Under the pieces are notes generated by a model. The model was not told the origin of the DNA, ran no database searches, and saw only the letters and a program-made list of their open reading frames with translations. The translations under genes and the position numbers were made by a program. Positions 1 through 13,749 of a DNA stretch of 64,000 nucleotides are shown here, one piece after another. Every line of letters begins with the position of its first letter. Within the stretch, counting starts at the first letter, position 1. Location: contig MU058198.1 in assembly GCA_013265495.1 (NCBI GenBank), positions 632,419 to 696,418 on the forward strand. The letters are read 5' to 3'. Source of the DNA: Vicugna vicugna. Lineage: Eukaryota.

Positions 1-199
1 GTGGGCACTCTGGGCTGCGTATGAGTTAATCTCAGTTTAGAAATCAGAAACGTGGTGTTGACCCAACCTCTTTTCTTTTCCCATGCTTTTGAAGTGGGTA
101 AATAACCCTAACTGGAGAAAACCTTAAAAATCCAGTATCCAGTAGTTAAATATGATGGTTCCTGTGCAAATTCAAATATGTTAATGAAGTGTCACAAAG

Positions 200-810
200 A
201 TATACTCTTTCCCCTAAAAAAATAAAGGTGCATGAAAATCCTGGTGAAATAGTCTAGTTGTTTATATCATACCAGTGTCAGTTTCCTGACTTTGACAATG
301 TGCTGTGTTTATGAAGATGTCACCACTGGGGGAAGCTGGGTGATGAGGACACAACACCTCTACTCTTTTTGCAATTTCTTATGCGTCTGTAATTGGCTTG
401 AAATAAAATATTTTAAAAACGTCATCCGTTGGGAGCAGTTGGAACAATAATGTTATATCCATGGCGTGGATTCCTCAGCCATTAAAAAGAATGAGGGAGA
501 TTTATGTGGACTAACACAGGAGGAGGGAGGCCCATGCTAGATTCTTGAGTAAAAAAGACGAGTTGCAGCTCAAGATGTGTAAGACGATCCATTTTTCTAA
601 AACAAAAGTCTTCTACAACAAAAGCTATACATTCACAAGGCATAGACTAAGGTCTAGAAAGATAAACACCAGAATGTTGACATTGGTAATCCCTAGGAAG
701 TAGGAGTTGGAAGGGAGGGCATTCATATTTTACTGGATGCATGACAGTATTGTTTGAGCTTTTGTCCATAAGCATTTCTTATTTCTATAATTTTTGTAAA
801 ATATAATAAA
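200..810 (+). mobile_element. ancient L1MC/L1ME 3' fragments
   Basis: gggggaagctgggtga...tttttgcaatttcttatg and cagccattaaaaagaatgag motifs. Confidence 0.55.
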
Positions 811-1282
811 CAAATGAAATACAGGGGCCTAATGAATCTTCCAAGTTCTGATGTGTGTCTGTAAACATATTCTGAGCTGCAAGTTTTTCAGTGGTTTATC
901 TCAGCCAGTAGGCTTGTCTCAATCTCACTCTGATTTGAACTGTTGTTCGTCTTGTTCTTGCCAAAGGTAATCAATCGTGTCACTTCTCAGAAGGAAAAAA
1001 AAATTAGTAACCTCTAACAGACCTTGCTGGGATCCATAACATTTGGCTCTTTGGCTCCCTGGACACTTGAGGGTCTCCCTTTGGTCCTGTATGACTATAT
1101 GGAGCCCTTTGTTTTTAAAGTTATATTCTTGGATGCATTAATGCATTCATCTCCTGTGAAAAAGAGAATTTTTAAAACATTTGTCTTGTCTTAATGGCCA
1201 GAATGTTAGCATTTTGTCCACATGTTAGCATTTGCCATAGTTTGTCTTTTCAGAAGTGGTGAGCCAAGACATCTCATTCATT

Positions 1283-1350
1283 TGTGCGTGTGGGCACGTG
1301 TACACGCATGTGCGTATGTACACACGCACGTGCACATGTGCGTGCGTGTG
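1283..1350. repeat. mixed TG/CG/CA alternating purine-pyrimidine tract
   Basis: direct reading. Confidence 0.85.
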
Positions 1351-1639
1351 AGAATAAGCCACCCACGGGTGTGGATTTCAGTCTGTCAGTGCCCTGTTCC
1401 CAGTGCCTGGGAGAGTGGCCAGTACATGAAGGTTGCTTCATAGGTGGGTGTTGAATGAGTGATTATTGCATGTGTTAAGGAGTATCAATGTGGAAATTAT
1501 CAAAATATCTCTTTCCCAGCCTTCCCAGAAACCACTTTGATATTGGTCTTCAAGAATGACTTTTCAAATATGAAATACCCCGTGAGTGGGTTAGGGAAGC
1601 CGTTTGTGACAACGTCAATTTTATCCTCAGCTGGGATGC

Positions 1640-2690
1640 TCTGGCCGCAAGAAACAAACGCCTAACTGGCCCTACAAAAATAATTCAGTGTGTTCTCTTG
1701 AATACTGAGTGAAGGCTCTGGGCCAGGCAGGTTCTGTTCTTCTCTCTGCTCTGCCATCCCCAGGTAGCAGCAAAGTGACTGCAGTCATTCCAGGCATCGC
1801 GTTCAGACATGGCCACATCCAGAGGCAGAAAGATGGGGAGTCTTCAGTTCCTTTGGTTCCTGTTTAAGAGCAAGGAAACTTTTCCTCTAAACCCCCATCT
1901 CAGTAGCAAGAAATGGGTCACGTGCCCCTGTCCAAACCGCTGGCAAGAGGCATGAGACCAGTGTGACTGGTTTGGACCTGTATTAGTTTGCTTAGTATGT
2001 TCGGGCAGCTGTAACAAAACACCACAAACTGGGTGACTTACAGAGAACAGAAATGTATTTCTCATGGTTCTGGAGGCTGGGAAGTTCAAGATCAAGATGC
2101 TGGCAGATACAGTGTCTGGTGAGGGCCCTTCCTGGTCCTTCCTGTCTTCTTGCTGTGTCCTCACATGGCAGAAGGGACAAGGGAGCTTTCTTGGGCCACT
2201 TTTGTGAGGGTACTAATTCTAGTCATGAGGGCTCCACTCTTAAAACCTAATCACCGCCCAAAGGCTCCAGCTCCTAATACCATCAATTTGGGGGGTGGGT
2301 GGCCATTTAGGCCACAGCAGGCTTGCATATTAGACTGGGGGGCTTCAACAACAGAAATTTATCTTCTCACAGTTTTGGAGGCTGGGAAGTCCAAGATCAG
2401 GGTGCCAGCAGGGTTGGTTTCTGCTGAGGCCTTTCTCCTTGCCTTGCAGACCACTGTCTTCTCACTGTGTCCTCCCCTGTCCCCTCACCTGTGCATGTGT
2501 GTTCCTGGTGTCTCTTCCTCTTCTTATAAGAACATCTGGACATCCTTCCTATTGGATTGGGGCCTCACTCATGATTTCATTTAACATTCATTACCTCTGT
2601 GAAAGTCCTGTCTCCAAACACAGTCACTTGGGGGGTTAGGACTTCAACATGCATTTTGAGGGGGACATAATTCACTCCGTAATAGGACCC
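1640..2690 (-). mobile_element. cluster of MaLR (MLT1-family) solo LTRs: older copy ~1640-1985, MLT1A-like ~1990-2295, MLT1B/C-like ~2320-2685
   Basis: Repeated signature acagaaatttat..tctcacagttctggaggctgggaagtccaagatcaag. Confidence 0.75.
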
Positions 2691-2879
2691 AACCTGATTT
2701 TCGTTGGGCAGAGACAGAAACCTGAATAAAATCAGGGTTCTAGGGGTGGGGGTACTGCCAGTTATGTCCACAGTCAGCTATCTATCACCTGAATTATTCA
2801 GGCAACACCCAGGACACAGCTGGAAAGGGTGGGATTGCAGTAGAGAAGACTCGCTTTATTTTTTGACTTCCAGGCCAGA

Positions 2880-4290
2880 CTTAGATCCGAATCTCATTTT
2901 TACCACTGAGTAGGAAGTGGCTTAACCTAGCTAAGTTTTGGCCTCCTCGTTTGTAAAGTGGGGATAATTTACATGGGCCTCGAAGGCCATTGTGACAAGT
3001 AAATGGGAAAAGGTGTGTACAGCGCTTAGCCCAGGGCCCAGTGTGTGGTGCCCAGCGCGTGCTCAGCGTCCAGGCCGCTGTATTAGCTCTTTTGTCTTGG
3101 GACTGACCTTGTCTGTGCCATTCAATTCCTTCCTCAAACCACTGCCCTATAGGTTGCTTCTTCCATTGATTTTTTTGAAAAACAGGAGCTCTTTTAAAGA
3201 TACGTAATCGTCTTAAGATAGCTCTGAAGCCATTAATAGCATTCCAGTGAATAGAACATTTACTTCCTTTGGGGGGAAAAATATGCTTCAAAATGCAGAG
3301 AGGAAATGTAGTGAGGAGCACGGCCTTTGAAGCCAGACCGCCCGGGCCACGTCCAGCCCACCAGAACTAGCCGCGTCACCTTGGCCTGAGCACATCGCTC
3401 TTCTGTGGCTTGGTTTCTCATCTGTGAAATGGGAGGGTAGAGAGCCTGCCTTGTGGTGCTTGTGAGAAGTGACATCATGAATGCCAAGTGCTTCTCACCG
3501 GGACTGGCCAGCACCAAGTATTGCCCGGTGTTTATTTGTTTTGCTGAGAATTCCACAGGCACCTGGTGAGTGGGGAGGAACATGGGGGTCCAGGTGAGGT
3601 GGAGAGTAAAGCAATTTTCATTCTCACTGGTGCCCTAAAGCACAGGAGGTACCACTCTCATCATCCTGCAGAAATCTGTATCATCTGCCACCTGTATCAT
3701 CTGCCTAAGGATGAGGGAATGTAGCTGGTGAGACTAGATATGAACCCAAGTGTGCCTGAGGCCAGGGCCCCAGCTCTTACCCATGGCACTCAGTGCCCCA
3801 AGACTGAATCTTTTTTCTCCTCCATCCTTTCCATACCTGCTGGGCATTGAGAGTTCTAGAAATGGGCATGTAGCTGCATTTTTTAAAGTATTACTTTGGA
3901 AATCTATTGGTGAGAAATATGCTTTTGTTCCTCCAATTTGATAATTTTTCTTCTTATTTTTTAATTAGGCTCTGCTAACCGAGATGATGGAGAGATGTAA
4001 GAAACTAGGAAACAAGTAAGTATTTTGAAATTCAGAAAGCTGGAGTTTGAAAATGGAGTTGGTTGGGTTTTTTGAGCGTGGTATGCCTGCATGGGCAAGA
4101 GGGCCAACAGGGAAGCAGGGTAGCATGGAGGTCAGGAGTGCTGGAGTCCAGTTGCCTGGCTTCGGATCTGGGCTCCACTCTTTCTTAGCTTTCTGACCTT
4201 GGGTCACTATGACTGCTCTGTGCCTCAGTCTCCTCATCTGTCAAATGGGTATAGTAATAATAATTCTTTCTGTATTGGGCTGTGATAAGT
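2880..4290 (+). mobile_element. several MIR SINE fragments (~2880-3070, ~3320-3540, ~4130-4290)
   Basis: MIR core cctcagtctcctcatctgtcaaatggg / tttctcatctgtgaaatggg. Confidence 0.7.
3969..4015 (+). CDS. VPS35L: VPS35L coding exon 1 of 17 in window (ALLTEMMERCKKLGN/N)
   Basis: ttaattag|GCT...AAC AA|gtaagt; 47 nt; peptide matches recalled VPS35L; joins the next exon in phase (AA+T=Asn). Confidence 0.93.
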
Positions 4291-4816
4291 GGTAAGGTCA
4301 GGATAAACTCAAATTCCTATTTTCTAGGCACATGAAGTTTCTCTTCTCTCCTTTCAGTGGCAGATGTGTGAGAAGCCTGGAGTGGGTTTTGTTCACCACT
4401 GTGTCCCTAGGTTTGAACAGTGCTTTTCATAAGAGATGCAGATATGTATTTGCAGCTTGGATTAACATTGTTACTTAATGTTCAGTTTTATTAGTGGTCC
4501 AGCCTATTGAAGGCTCAGTTTTCTTCTGTTTAAGTGGATTTGATTACTTTCTTATTTACCTGTTCATCCATTGATCCAGCCGCCCACCCATCCATCCACC
4601 CATTCTTCCAAACAGCTGAATATTTATCAAGTTCCAAATATGCACAAAACACCATATTAATCTCTAGAGGCTGCCTTTTTACTCCAGTCTTTTTTCCCCC
4701 CTAACCTTACCACTAAAGGGCTGTCAGCCATCTTTCCCCACAACATACATCCTAAAATTAAAGCGACTTTCATTAAGGCGAAGCTCTGCTGACATGGGGG
4801 CATGTGTGTCTTGCAG

Positions 4817-4928
4817 TGCCTTGCTGCTGAATTCCGTGATGTCAGCTTTCCGGGCCGAGTTCATCGCCACAAGGTCCATGGATTTCATTGGCATGATTAA
4901 AGAGTGCGATGAGTCCGGTTTCCCCAAG
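4817..4928 (+). CDS. VPS35L: VPS35L exon ([37 protein letters not shown])
   Basis: ttgcag|T GCC...CCC AAG|gtaggc; 112 nt; contained in ORF 4794..5078. Confidence 0.96.
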
Positions 4929-5454
4929 GTAGGCTCTCGACTAAATGCTCAGCAGAGAACAAATAGGCAGTGTTTGCCCGATAGCTCTCGAGGGAGACAG
5001 AGTCCGGTGTCGGGGCAGCTCGGGCCCAACGGGAAAACAAACGAAGGCTGTGTTTCTGAAGAGCACAGGGGAAGATGAGTTAGCGATTGGGACCGTGAGA
5101 CATGTGTGATTGCTGTGAGTCGGGCCTCCATGAGTCCTAAACTTATCCAGTTAGCTCACTGTGAAGTACTTAGGAAAACTTTGGTCTTACATCTTTAAAA
5201 CGGTATCTTCACTCATTATTTATGAAAAGCTTTGTCCAGCAGGATATTATGGCTCACAGACTGGACCAGTACACAGAGCCAGCTCTTTGTTTTGAGCTCC
5301 TCGGTCTAACTTGCATGTGTCTGTGATAGAACTTCAGAGAGAGGTCGTTGGAGGATTAACTGTGAGACGGGCCGACTGTTGCAGCCTTTTCCTTTGTGCC
5401 TCAAGTGACTGATTTACAATCTCCAGGGTTGTAATGGTTTGCTGTATTTTTCAG

Positions 5455-5571
5455 CATCTCCTTTTCCGTTCGCTGGGGTTAAACTTGGCCTTGGCTGATC
5501 CTCCTGAGGGTGATCGACTTCAGATTCTCAATGAAGCTTGGAAAGTTATCACTAAGTTGAAGAATCCACAG
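5455..5571 (+). CDS. VPS35L: VPS35L exon ([39 protein letters not shown])
   Basis: tttttcag|CAT...CAG|gtgggt; 117 nt, phase 0/0. Confidence 0.96.
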
Positions 5572-5892
5572 GTGGGTGACCACTTAGCCCTTTGATTAAA
5601 CTGCCTTTTTTCCAAGTTATGCAGTATGCTCATTCTTTTAAAACATTTCTCTTTCAACTAATCATAATCATCCCTTTTTCTTTTTTTTTAAAGAAATCTA
5701 CTTATTTTAATTGTATTTGTCAACAAATAAAGGAGAACTCATAGCTCTGAAGATGTAGTTCTTTGATTTTTGTATGCTTATTATGTCTTATTCTTGAGGC
5801 CTTAAGATGAACTAAAAGTGTGAAATTATAAATTCTTGAAGCTTTAGAAGACTTGTAACTTTGGAAAGGGCATCCAAAGTGCAGCAACCCAT

Positions 5893-6138
5893 AGTACCCT
5901 TCACCCTTGAACAACTTTACGGGTTTAAACTGTGCAAATCCACTTATTCATGGATTTTTTTTCGATAGTAAATATTATACTACTACACAAGCCTCAGTTG
6001 TTTGAATCCACAGAAGTGAAACCACAGATTCGGAGGAATCTCGGATACAGGGGGCTGACTATAAGTTATACACAGATTTTCAGCTACACAGAGAGTCAGT
6101 TCCCTTAACCCCCACATTGTGCAAGGGTCAACTTGTAT
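5893..6138. mobile_element. Tigger2-family (TcMar) MITE
   Basis: Terminal inverted repeats acccttgaacaa ... ttgtgcaagggtcaacttgta. Confidence 0.75.
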
Positions 6139-6489
6139 TTGGATTTGAAAAAAACAGTTTAGTAGGATAGTCCTAACTGAACACTGGCAGTCAAGCCAGT
6201 AATTAGCAAAAGGGAATTGGAATTTCCGTCCCTTGAATGGACAGCTGAAGCCTCTTTCTCCCTGTGCTTCTGGCGCAGGAAGTCTTGGGAAGACGGACCA
6301 ACTGATGTTAGTTACTGTAATGCATGAAGTGATGGTCATCGTGTTGTATGTTTGGGTTTCACGCCCCACTGTCCTTTTAGGCAACATGCCAGCAAGTTAT
6401 GTGGCTGCCACTAGGGAAATGGTATTGGCTGTCTTTGTGGCCAAACTTCACCACATCCTGCACCGTTCCCCTCCAGCCAGCAGCACGTC

Positions 6490-6846
6490 CTGATCCATTC
6501 AGGTTATTGTAACAGAATACGATGCACCAGGTGGCTTATATACAACAGAAGTTATTTTTCACAGTTCTGGAGGCTGGAAGTACAAGATCAGGGAGCCAGC
6601 AGGGTTGGATTCTGGTGAGGACCCTCTTCTGGGTTGCAGAATGCCAGCTTCTCCTCCTCACATGGCAGAAAGAAGGAGAGCAAGCTCTCTGGGGTCCCTT
6701 TTTTAGGGGCACTAATTCCGTTCATGTGGGCTCCACCCTCATGACCTAATCACCTCCTAAAGGCCCCCACCTCTTCATGTCACCATGCTGAGGGCTAAGG
6801 TTTCAACATGCATTTTGGGGGGATGCAAACATTCAGAACCATAACA
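6490..6846 (-). mobile_element. MLT1A-like solo LTR
   Basis: cacagttctggaggctggaagtacaagatcagg...catgacctaatcacctcc...aaacattcagaaccataaca. Confidence 0.8.
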
Positions 6847-7977
6847 CAGCGAATAAGTGAATATAGGTTTGTAACATTTGATTCAATCATTTATTGAGAC
6901 AGAAATATTAAAGCCAGTCCAGTTATAAACCCCGTGCTAATCACATTTATGATAGTGCATTAAAAATAGTGGTATAATTTAGAAAAAGTAGAAACTAAAT
7001 TACAAAATCATGTACCTGTGTTAAATTCGGCAAAATCCTCACCTAACTCCAGCTGTTGAAATTCACTACTTAACTTCACTCTGATTGGCTAACTAAAACA
7101 GCTTATTTGGGATATTTAAGTCAACAACCTCTGGGCCCCTAATGCCTAATACCTCAAGGCTTCAAAGCAACCTTGCATCAAAAGCCCCCGTTAACGGTTT
7201 TCTCCAGTCCTTAACTTCACCCTCACCTCGTTAAGTCCATCCTAGCGTTCCAGTTAGACCGTAGCACGTTCCCGGCTTTTCTTGTGTGAATGAGGTAACC
7301 TTTTTCTCTCCTCTGCATTTCTTCTTTCTTTTCGTATACTTGCAGACTCTTTTCCCTTGGCCATTTTTTTTTTCCCATTTGGGTGTTTTTGGGGCATACA
7401 GCCTTACTGAGTGGTCACTGCCATTTCCATAGCCACCCCATTATCTCTCCATGGGTCCACTTCCTACCAGAATATAACACATCATTTCTTATCTGAAACC
7501 TTTGTGCTTTCTTAGCCTTTTTACAGCATATATATACACCACCCCTTTATAGGACAGATGGTTTGTTTTTTAAAGGCAGGAGGCCTGTTTTGTCTTGGAA
7601 CATTCAAAAGTCAGATTTTAAACAAAGCTTGAACCTTCAACCAGATCCGTGGTCATTGTCCCCACTGCCCCCCCCATTGTCTCCATTGCCCTTTGGTTCT
7701 TTCCATTCTTCAGGAATGACAGAGCTTCCCAGATTTCTATCTTGGCCCAAGTAGCAATTCTGGAATGAAGTTTATGTTTTCTTATCTCACTTTTCAAAGC
7801 AAAATCTCTCAGTGGGCCAGAGTTTTCAGTACGTGCAGTGCTCTTGAAATTCCTATCACTTACCAACCCTTAGTTGTCAAAGCCCTTGAAGGGATTTGTC
7901 CATGATGAGCTTTTGCCGTAAGGCCAACCAAGGCCTTTACAACCTTATTGTAAAGACATCTTTCCTTTTTCTTTTAG

Positions 7978-8031
7978 GACTACATTAATTGTGCCGAAGT
8001 GTGGGTGGAGTATACCTGCAAGCATTTCACG
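7978..8031 (+). CDS. VPS35L: VPS35L exon (DYINCAEVWVEYTCKHFT)
   Basis: cttttag|GAC...ACG|gtatgt; 54 nt. Confidence 0.95.
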
Positions 8032-9587
8032 GTATGTGTGCTGTGGGATTGTTTTTGAAAGAATTACTGTATGTTTTTTTCATGTGCATAATCATGAATA
8101 AGCCTAGCATAGGCATTTAGGCATTTTGCAATGATAGTTTTTCTTTTTCTAAAATTGGTAATCGTTCTTAATTTATGAAAATCGCATCCTTTGTGGTATA
8201 GGATGATGGAGCATTAATATGTGTAATATAACAAAAGTGATCCACATTTATGTGTAAGTTGAGAAATGCTGCATTATAAAGTTAAGCAGGGTTTTTTTCA
8301 CTGTAGTATACTTTAGATGCTTATTATTAAAGTACATTGTGACCTTCCATGGGAGTCTAGTAAGCAGCATTTCCCAAACATATGTGACTTGCAGGTAATT
8401 TTTTTTTCTAAACAAACAAGGATATTTCTTTCCCTTGGCTCAGACTAGAACCCCAGGTTGGGAAGTACTGGTCTCGTCAAAGAGCAGAGAATATAGAAGC
8501 AGGTAGAAATGGTTTCAAATCCTATTACCAGGGTGTTTATTTTAATCAACTTAAAAAAAATTGACGTTTAGCATACATGTGGAAAAGTATATATATCATA
8601 AGTTTGCTGTTTCATGAATCTTCACAAAGTACACTGTGTAATCATGGTCCAGATCAAAAAATAGTAATTAACTTCCCACGCCCATCCCACCCCGAAGCGC
8701 CCTGTCCTCCCCTCCCGGTCATGGCCCCCAGTGTTTGGAAGTTAAAGGTAAACACCGCATGGCCTCTAACTCCTGAAACAGGTTTTGCTTTATTTCAAGC
8801 ATTGTGTAAATGTTGGTCTAATTTATTTTCTTTGTTTTATTGAATTTTTATTTTACTATGGAAATTTCAAACATATTGTCTCCCTTGTACTCATCACCCA
8901 GAAATGATCGACTTGTGATAAATCTGGTTTCATTTGTATTCTTACCCCTTCTCCCCACCCCAGATTATCTTGAAGCACAGCTCAGTCATCGTGTTTCACA
9001 TGGTAGTATCTCAGCGCTTATACATGAAATAGAATTCCTTTTTCTGAAACAAAATCCCAATACATTATCCTAAGAAAATTATGATGTTTTAATACCATTA
9101 AAAAATCAGTAAATGTTCAGACTTCCCCAGTTGTCTCATATTTTACAGTTTATTTGTTCAGTCAGGATTAAAATAAGGTCCATACGTTGTGAAAAACTTA
9201 CTAGAGTTCTTTTAATCTACTAAGTTCCCTCTCTCTCTTCCTCTGCCTCCCTCCTCCTTCCCTTCCCTTTTAAAAAAATCTGTTATAAGATGCTCCAGTC
9301 TTCCTTGCATATTTCTTATCCCAGATTTGGAATCAGCTATTTCTCCAAGAAACTTTGGTTTCTTTTAGTGCCATTGTTAGATTTTTTTAGCTCTGTGACC
9401 CTGGCTAAGCCACTTAACTTCTCTGAGCCTCCACTTCCTCATCTGTAAAATGGGAATAATGATGTCCACGCTGGAGAGTTCAATGAGCATTAAATGAGAG
9501 AGTATGTAATGACAGCTGTGTGCCTGTAGGCTGCACAGCTTCACAGCGGCCTTGCCAGGAAACTTCACTGTTCCAGCTGTGTAGACC

Positions 9588-9895
9588 AAGGGTCAGCATC
9601 CTTTTTCTGTAGAAGGCCACCTTTTCCTGTTTTTACGGCTCTGTGGACCATATGATCTGTGTTACAAGTGCCCAACTCTGCCACTGTAGGATGAAAGCAA
9701 CCGCAGACAGTACGAGAGTGGGCATGGCTGTGTTCTAGTAAACGTTACTTACGCACAGTGAAATTTGAATCTCATATAATTTTCCTGTCATGAAATACTT
9801 TTCTTTTGGTTTGAATGTAAAAACCATTCTTAGCTCTTGGGCTATATAAAAACAGGCACTGGGCTGGATTTGGGCTGTGGCTGGCTGACCTCTGA
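9588..9895 (+). mobile_element. MER58B-like hAT-Charlie element
   Basis: agggtcagca...tctgtagaaggcc...caactctgccactgtag...ggctggatttgg...gctgacctctg. Confidence 0.7.
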
Positions 9896-10288
9896 TACAG
9901 CTGGCAAAAGTGAAGTGGGCATTGGGTCAGCGGCTTGTAAGAGTTCCTCCCCCAGTTCCTCGCTGCTCTCTGTAGCGGCTGGGGAGGGGCCTGGGACTGC
10001 GGGGGGAGAAAGCGGCATGTCGGATTTTACCAGCACTCAAGGAAAGCTGGGACAGTGTAATGCTCCAGAACCTTCGAGAATGGTGTCCTGACACGGTGCA
10101 GACAGTCATCTTCAGGGCTGTGATGGGGGTGAGATTTTCCCCTGTATTTTATTTTCAGCAGAATAGTTGAAAATGGTTCCTGGAAGGTGCGTGCTATAGT
10201 CTGAAAATGTTAGTTCTTTCCACCAAAAGAATAATTGACAACTATTATTCAGTGTCTAATGCAGGTTTAATTTGTCTTCCCCACGTAG

Positions 10289-10369
10289 AAGCGAGAGGTG
10301 AATACTGTTTTAGCTGATGTCATCAAGCACATGACTCCAGATCGTGCATTTGAAGACTCCTACCCTCAG
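10289..10369 (+). CDS. VPS35L: VPS35L exon ([27 protein letters not shown])
   Basis: ccacgtag|AAG...CAG|gtgaag; 81 nt. Confidence 0.95.
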
Positions 10370-10439
10370 GTGAAGTTGCATTTCTCATTTCCACAATGTT
10401 AGGAACTGTATTCTGTTGAATTAAATAGGTATGTTGCAT

Positions 10440-10650
10440 GGGTCAGGCTGTAAAGTCAGATAATCCTGGGTTTGAATTCTAGCCTTGCCATATTCTAGCC
10501 ATGTGCCCTTTAATCACTTAGTCTTATGCCTCAGTTTTCGCACCTGTAAAATGGGCGTAATAATAGTCCTACCCTCAGGGTGGTTGTGAGGATTTAAGTG
10601 AGATGAGTTATGGGAAGCCTTGGTACACTTGCTTGGCATCAATGAGTAAG
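10440..10650 (+). mobile_element. MIR SINE
   Basis: cctgggtttgaattctagc...cctcagttttcgcacctgtaaaatggg...gttgtgaggatttaagtgag. Confidence 0.75.
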
Positions 10651-11719
10651 CTGCCTTTGTTTTTCAATTTAGCTCACTTTTTATTTGGAAATAAATTCAA
10701 ACTTGATTGGAAAGTTTAAAAAGTAGCTCAGAGGACTCCCATTGCTTTTCACCCAGATTCACCAACTGTTAACATTTTCTATGTTTGCTTTATCGTTATC
10801 ATTATGTGTACACAGACAAACATATGTTCATACATATGTATGTAAATTTTTTAAAAAATCATTTGAGTATAGACTGCATACATCATGCCATTTTGTCTCT
10901 AAAGAGTTCAGTTTCCTAAGAACAAAGACATTCTTCTTTATATCCACAGTTTCGTATTCAACTTCAGGGAGTTTAACATTAATTCATTACTGTCACCTAC
11001 TCCCCTGTCCTTGTTCCAGTGTTGTCAGTGGACTCGGTGTCCTTAGTAGGGGATTTTTTTCCCCTCCAATATAGAATCCAGCTCAGGATCACTTACTGTA
11101 ACTTCGGACCTCATTAAGATTTTATTTTTTTCTTTAATAACATAATGTTCTGGTAGTTATTACCCATGATCAGTTGATTTCTTGCTCACTTCATATAAGA
11201 AAATTAGTTACGTAGTCTTCAAATTTTAGATTTTTATGTTTTACTAATTTAAGAATTTTTCACCATTTGCTAATTAAAATGGTTCATCATTACAGTTTAT
11301 TGAGCGGCCACTGAGTCTCTGGCATGTTTCTAGCTGGGATGAAAACAATACATGGTCATGCATGGCAGCCTCCTGCTAAATATTGCAGAGTGAATAAAAT
11401 GTGTAGAGAAAATGGGTCACACCCTTGTGGGTTGTGAAGGTCTTGGGCTCATTTGAAGAGTGATGTGCAGTAGAATTTTAGTTGGGGAATTTGCAGTAAG
11501 ACCCCGACTGCTAGTGACCCAGTTAATTGAAAATTTTAAGTAACATAATAAATTGAATGCAGTCTAAGACAGAAGGGAACTCTTCTATACTATAATTCTG
11601 TCATGTCTAAAAACAACTTGTAAAAGATGTCCTGGAGTGAGCCTGCATTTAGGGCAGCCGCTCAGATTTGTTGGGAGTCCATTGTCTTAAGTGAGGACCA
11701 CATCAAGAAAATGAAACTG

Positions 11720-13120
11720 CAGGGGTCTGTGAAGAATTAGCTTACTCCAGGTCTAGGATGGGAAAGGTACAAGGCGAGCCTGGAACATGTTCTTGTGCCA
11801 GGAAGTAAGGAAGTACTCAAAAAAACTGATGCGGGCACATGAAAAGGGTGCAGGAGCAGCTTGGAAGGGGCTCTCATGGGCTCCCAATTTGAGCATCAAA
11901 AAAAAATACAATGATAGATTATAATCCATCGAGTAAAGCAGGGATCTGGACAGGAGTCTGTCCTTACGATGGATAGATAAATAAGTAAATGAATAAGGGG
12001 GAAAGTGGACGGGGTGCCTTTTGAGAAATGTGGAAGAAATGGTAGAGCTGAAAAATTACCATTGGCAACCATCATAGTAAAGACAAGAATCATCAATCTT
12101 CAGGCAAGAATCATCAATGGGCACTTAATCTGGGGGGAGGGACGTTTGATGTGGAGCAGGATATTTCCGTATCTCAGAGAGTCTTCCCCTAGAATGAGTA
12201 TGAATTGCACGGGGGAGGAGCAGTGACTCTGTGGTGGAGAATTTGGACCATCATCGACCTGCTAATCCAAAGCCGTATTTTGCATCAGAGCAAGTGGATA
12301 TCATGTGCCTGCAGATATGGTACCCCGAGAAAGACAGCATCATTCATGCAGCTTTCCAGTCGAGAATGCATGACCAAATCTAATCATGAGGAAACATTAG
12401 TCATGCCCAAACTGTGGAGCATTCTATAAAGCAATTGGTTTGTATTCTTCAAAAATACCATTGTCCTCAATGACAAAGAAGCCAAAGGAACTGTTCCAAA
12501 TTAACGCAGACTACACAGACGTGAAAACAAAATGCAATGCGTGATCCTGAACTGGATCTTGTACTGAAGAGAGGAAAAAATAATGCTGTAAGGAACGTAC
12601 AGAGACAGTTGACAAGGTTGCAGTGCAAATGGTAAAGTGTTACAATTCCATCAGTGTTAACGTCCCTGAATCTGATAACAGCAGAGTGGAAATGTCAGAG
12701 GATATGATTATTCTTACAAAATACAAATGAAGTATTACGGGGTGAGGGACATGATACATGCAGTCTACTTCCATGTGGTTCAGGAAAAATCTGTCTTGTG
12801 TAGAGAGAACGATAAAATGAATTTGGCAAAATATTAAAAATTGGTGAGTTTGGGAAAAGAGAATATGGGAGTTTGGGGTTCTATTCTTTCAACTTTTCTG
12901 CAAGTTTGAAATTATTTCACAATAAAAATTTTTTTAAAAGTGTGGGAATTACGTGTTTATCAATTCTACCACTGGATGGATGGATAGGTGAGGAGATGGA
13001 GCAAATATAGCAAGACATTGGCCCTTGCAGAATCTAAGTGGTGAGTAAATGGGTGTTTGTTCTAAATTCTTTAAATTTCCTTTGTTTCATTATTTTCATA
13101 AGGAAATGTTGAAGAGGGAA
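11720..13120 (+). mobile_element. L1MC/L1ME-like ancient LINE fragments
   Basis: aaatgcaatgcgtgatcctgaactggatc and ctattctttcaacttttctgcaagtttgaaattatttc motifs typical of L1MC 3' ends. Confidence 0.65.
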
Positions 13121-13749
13121 AAAAAGCCTATCTTTTAAAATCGGGAAATGCATTATATGTATTCAAGTATATCGGTATTTAAATATTGAAGAAAAAAATG
13201 TCTTGTTCTAAAGAGGTTAGTTGTTACGGATAAGATTTTGAGAACTGTTTTAACCAGACAGGACTGCAGTATCTTTGAATGCTCTGTCTCGGAGCTCTGT
13301 TTGTCGTGAAGTTTTGAAGTCCTTGAGTATGCCTTTTGCTTGATGACCTAGTGAGCTGCTTAAGTATGAAATGGGGCTTGTACCTGTTAATAGTCTATAT
13401 TTTTGACCATGAGCCATTTCCTTTGCAGATGCTTTAAACAGCAGTGTTTTTAGTGTAAACAAAGTACTTAGTAAATTTTTCCTTCTTGACAGCAACCAAG
13501 GATAGGGGTTTATATTTTAGTTAGAAACAGCGCCTCCCTGGTTCTTCAATGCCAAGGCCCTGTCACTAGGACTCTGCACATCTCAGGGTGAGAGCTGGTG
13601 GACATCAGTGCCTGGGCATCTGGGACAGACCTCACAGATGTGCCACCGTCCTTGGATAGTGCCGTGGCCTTTGACCTCCCCGGCAAACTTGGTCCAGAGC
13701 CTCTCCACTGAAGTAGTCAAGAAATGCAGGATCACAATGGGCTGGAATA

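Noticed and set aside
10567..10579. 13-mer tcctaccctcagg identical to the exon end at 10358..10370
   Set aside because: The second copy falls in MIR sequence that naturally resembles it; coincidence rather than exon duplication.
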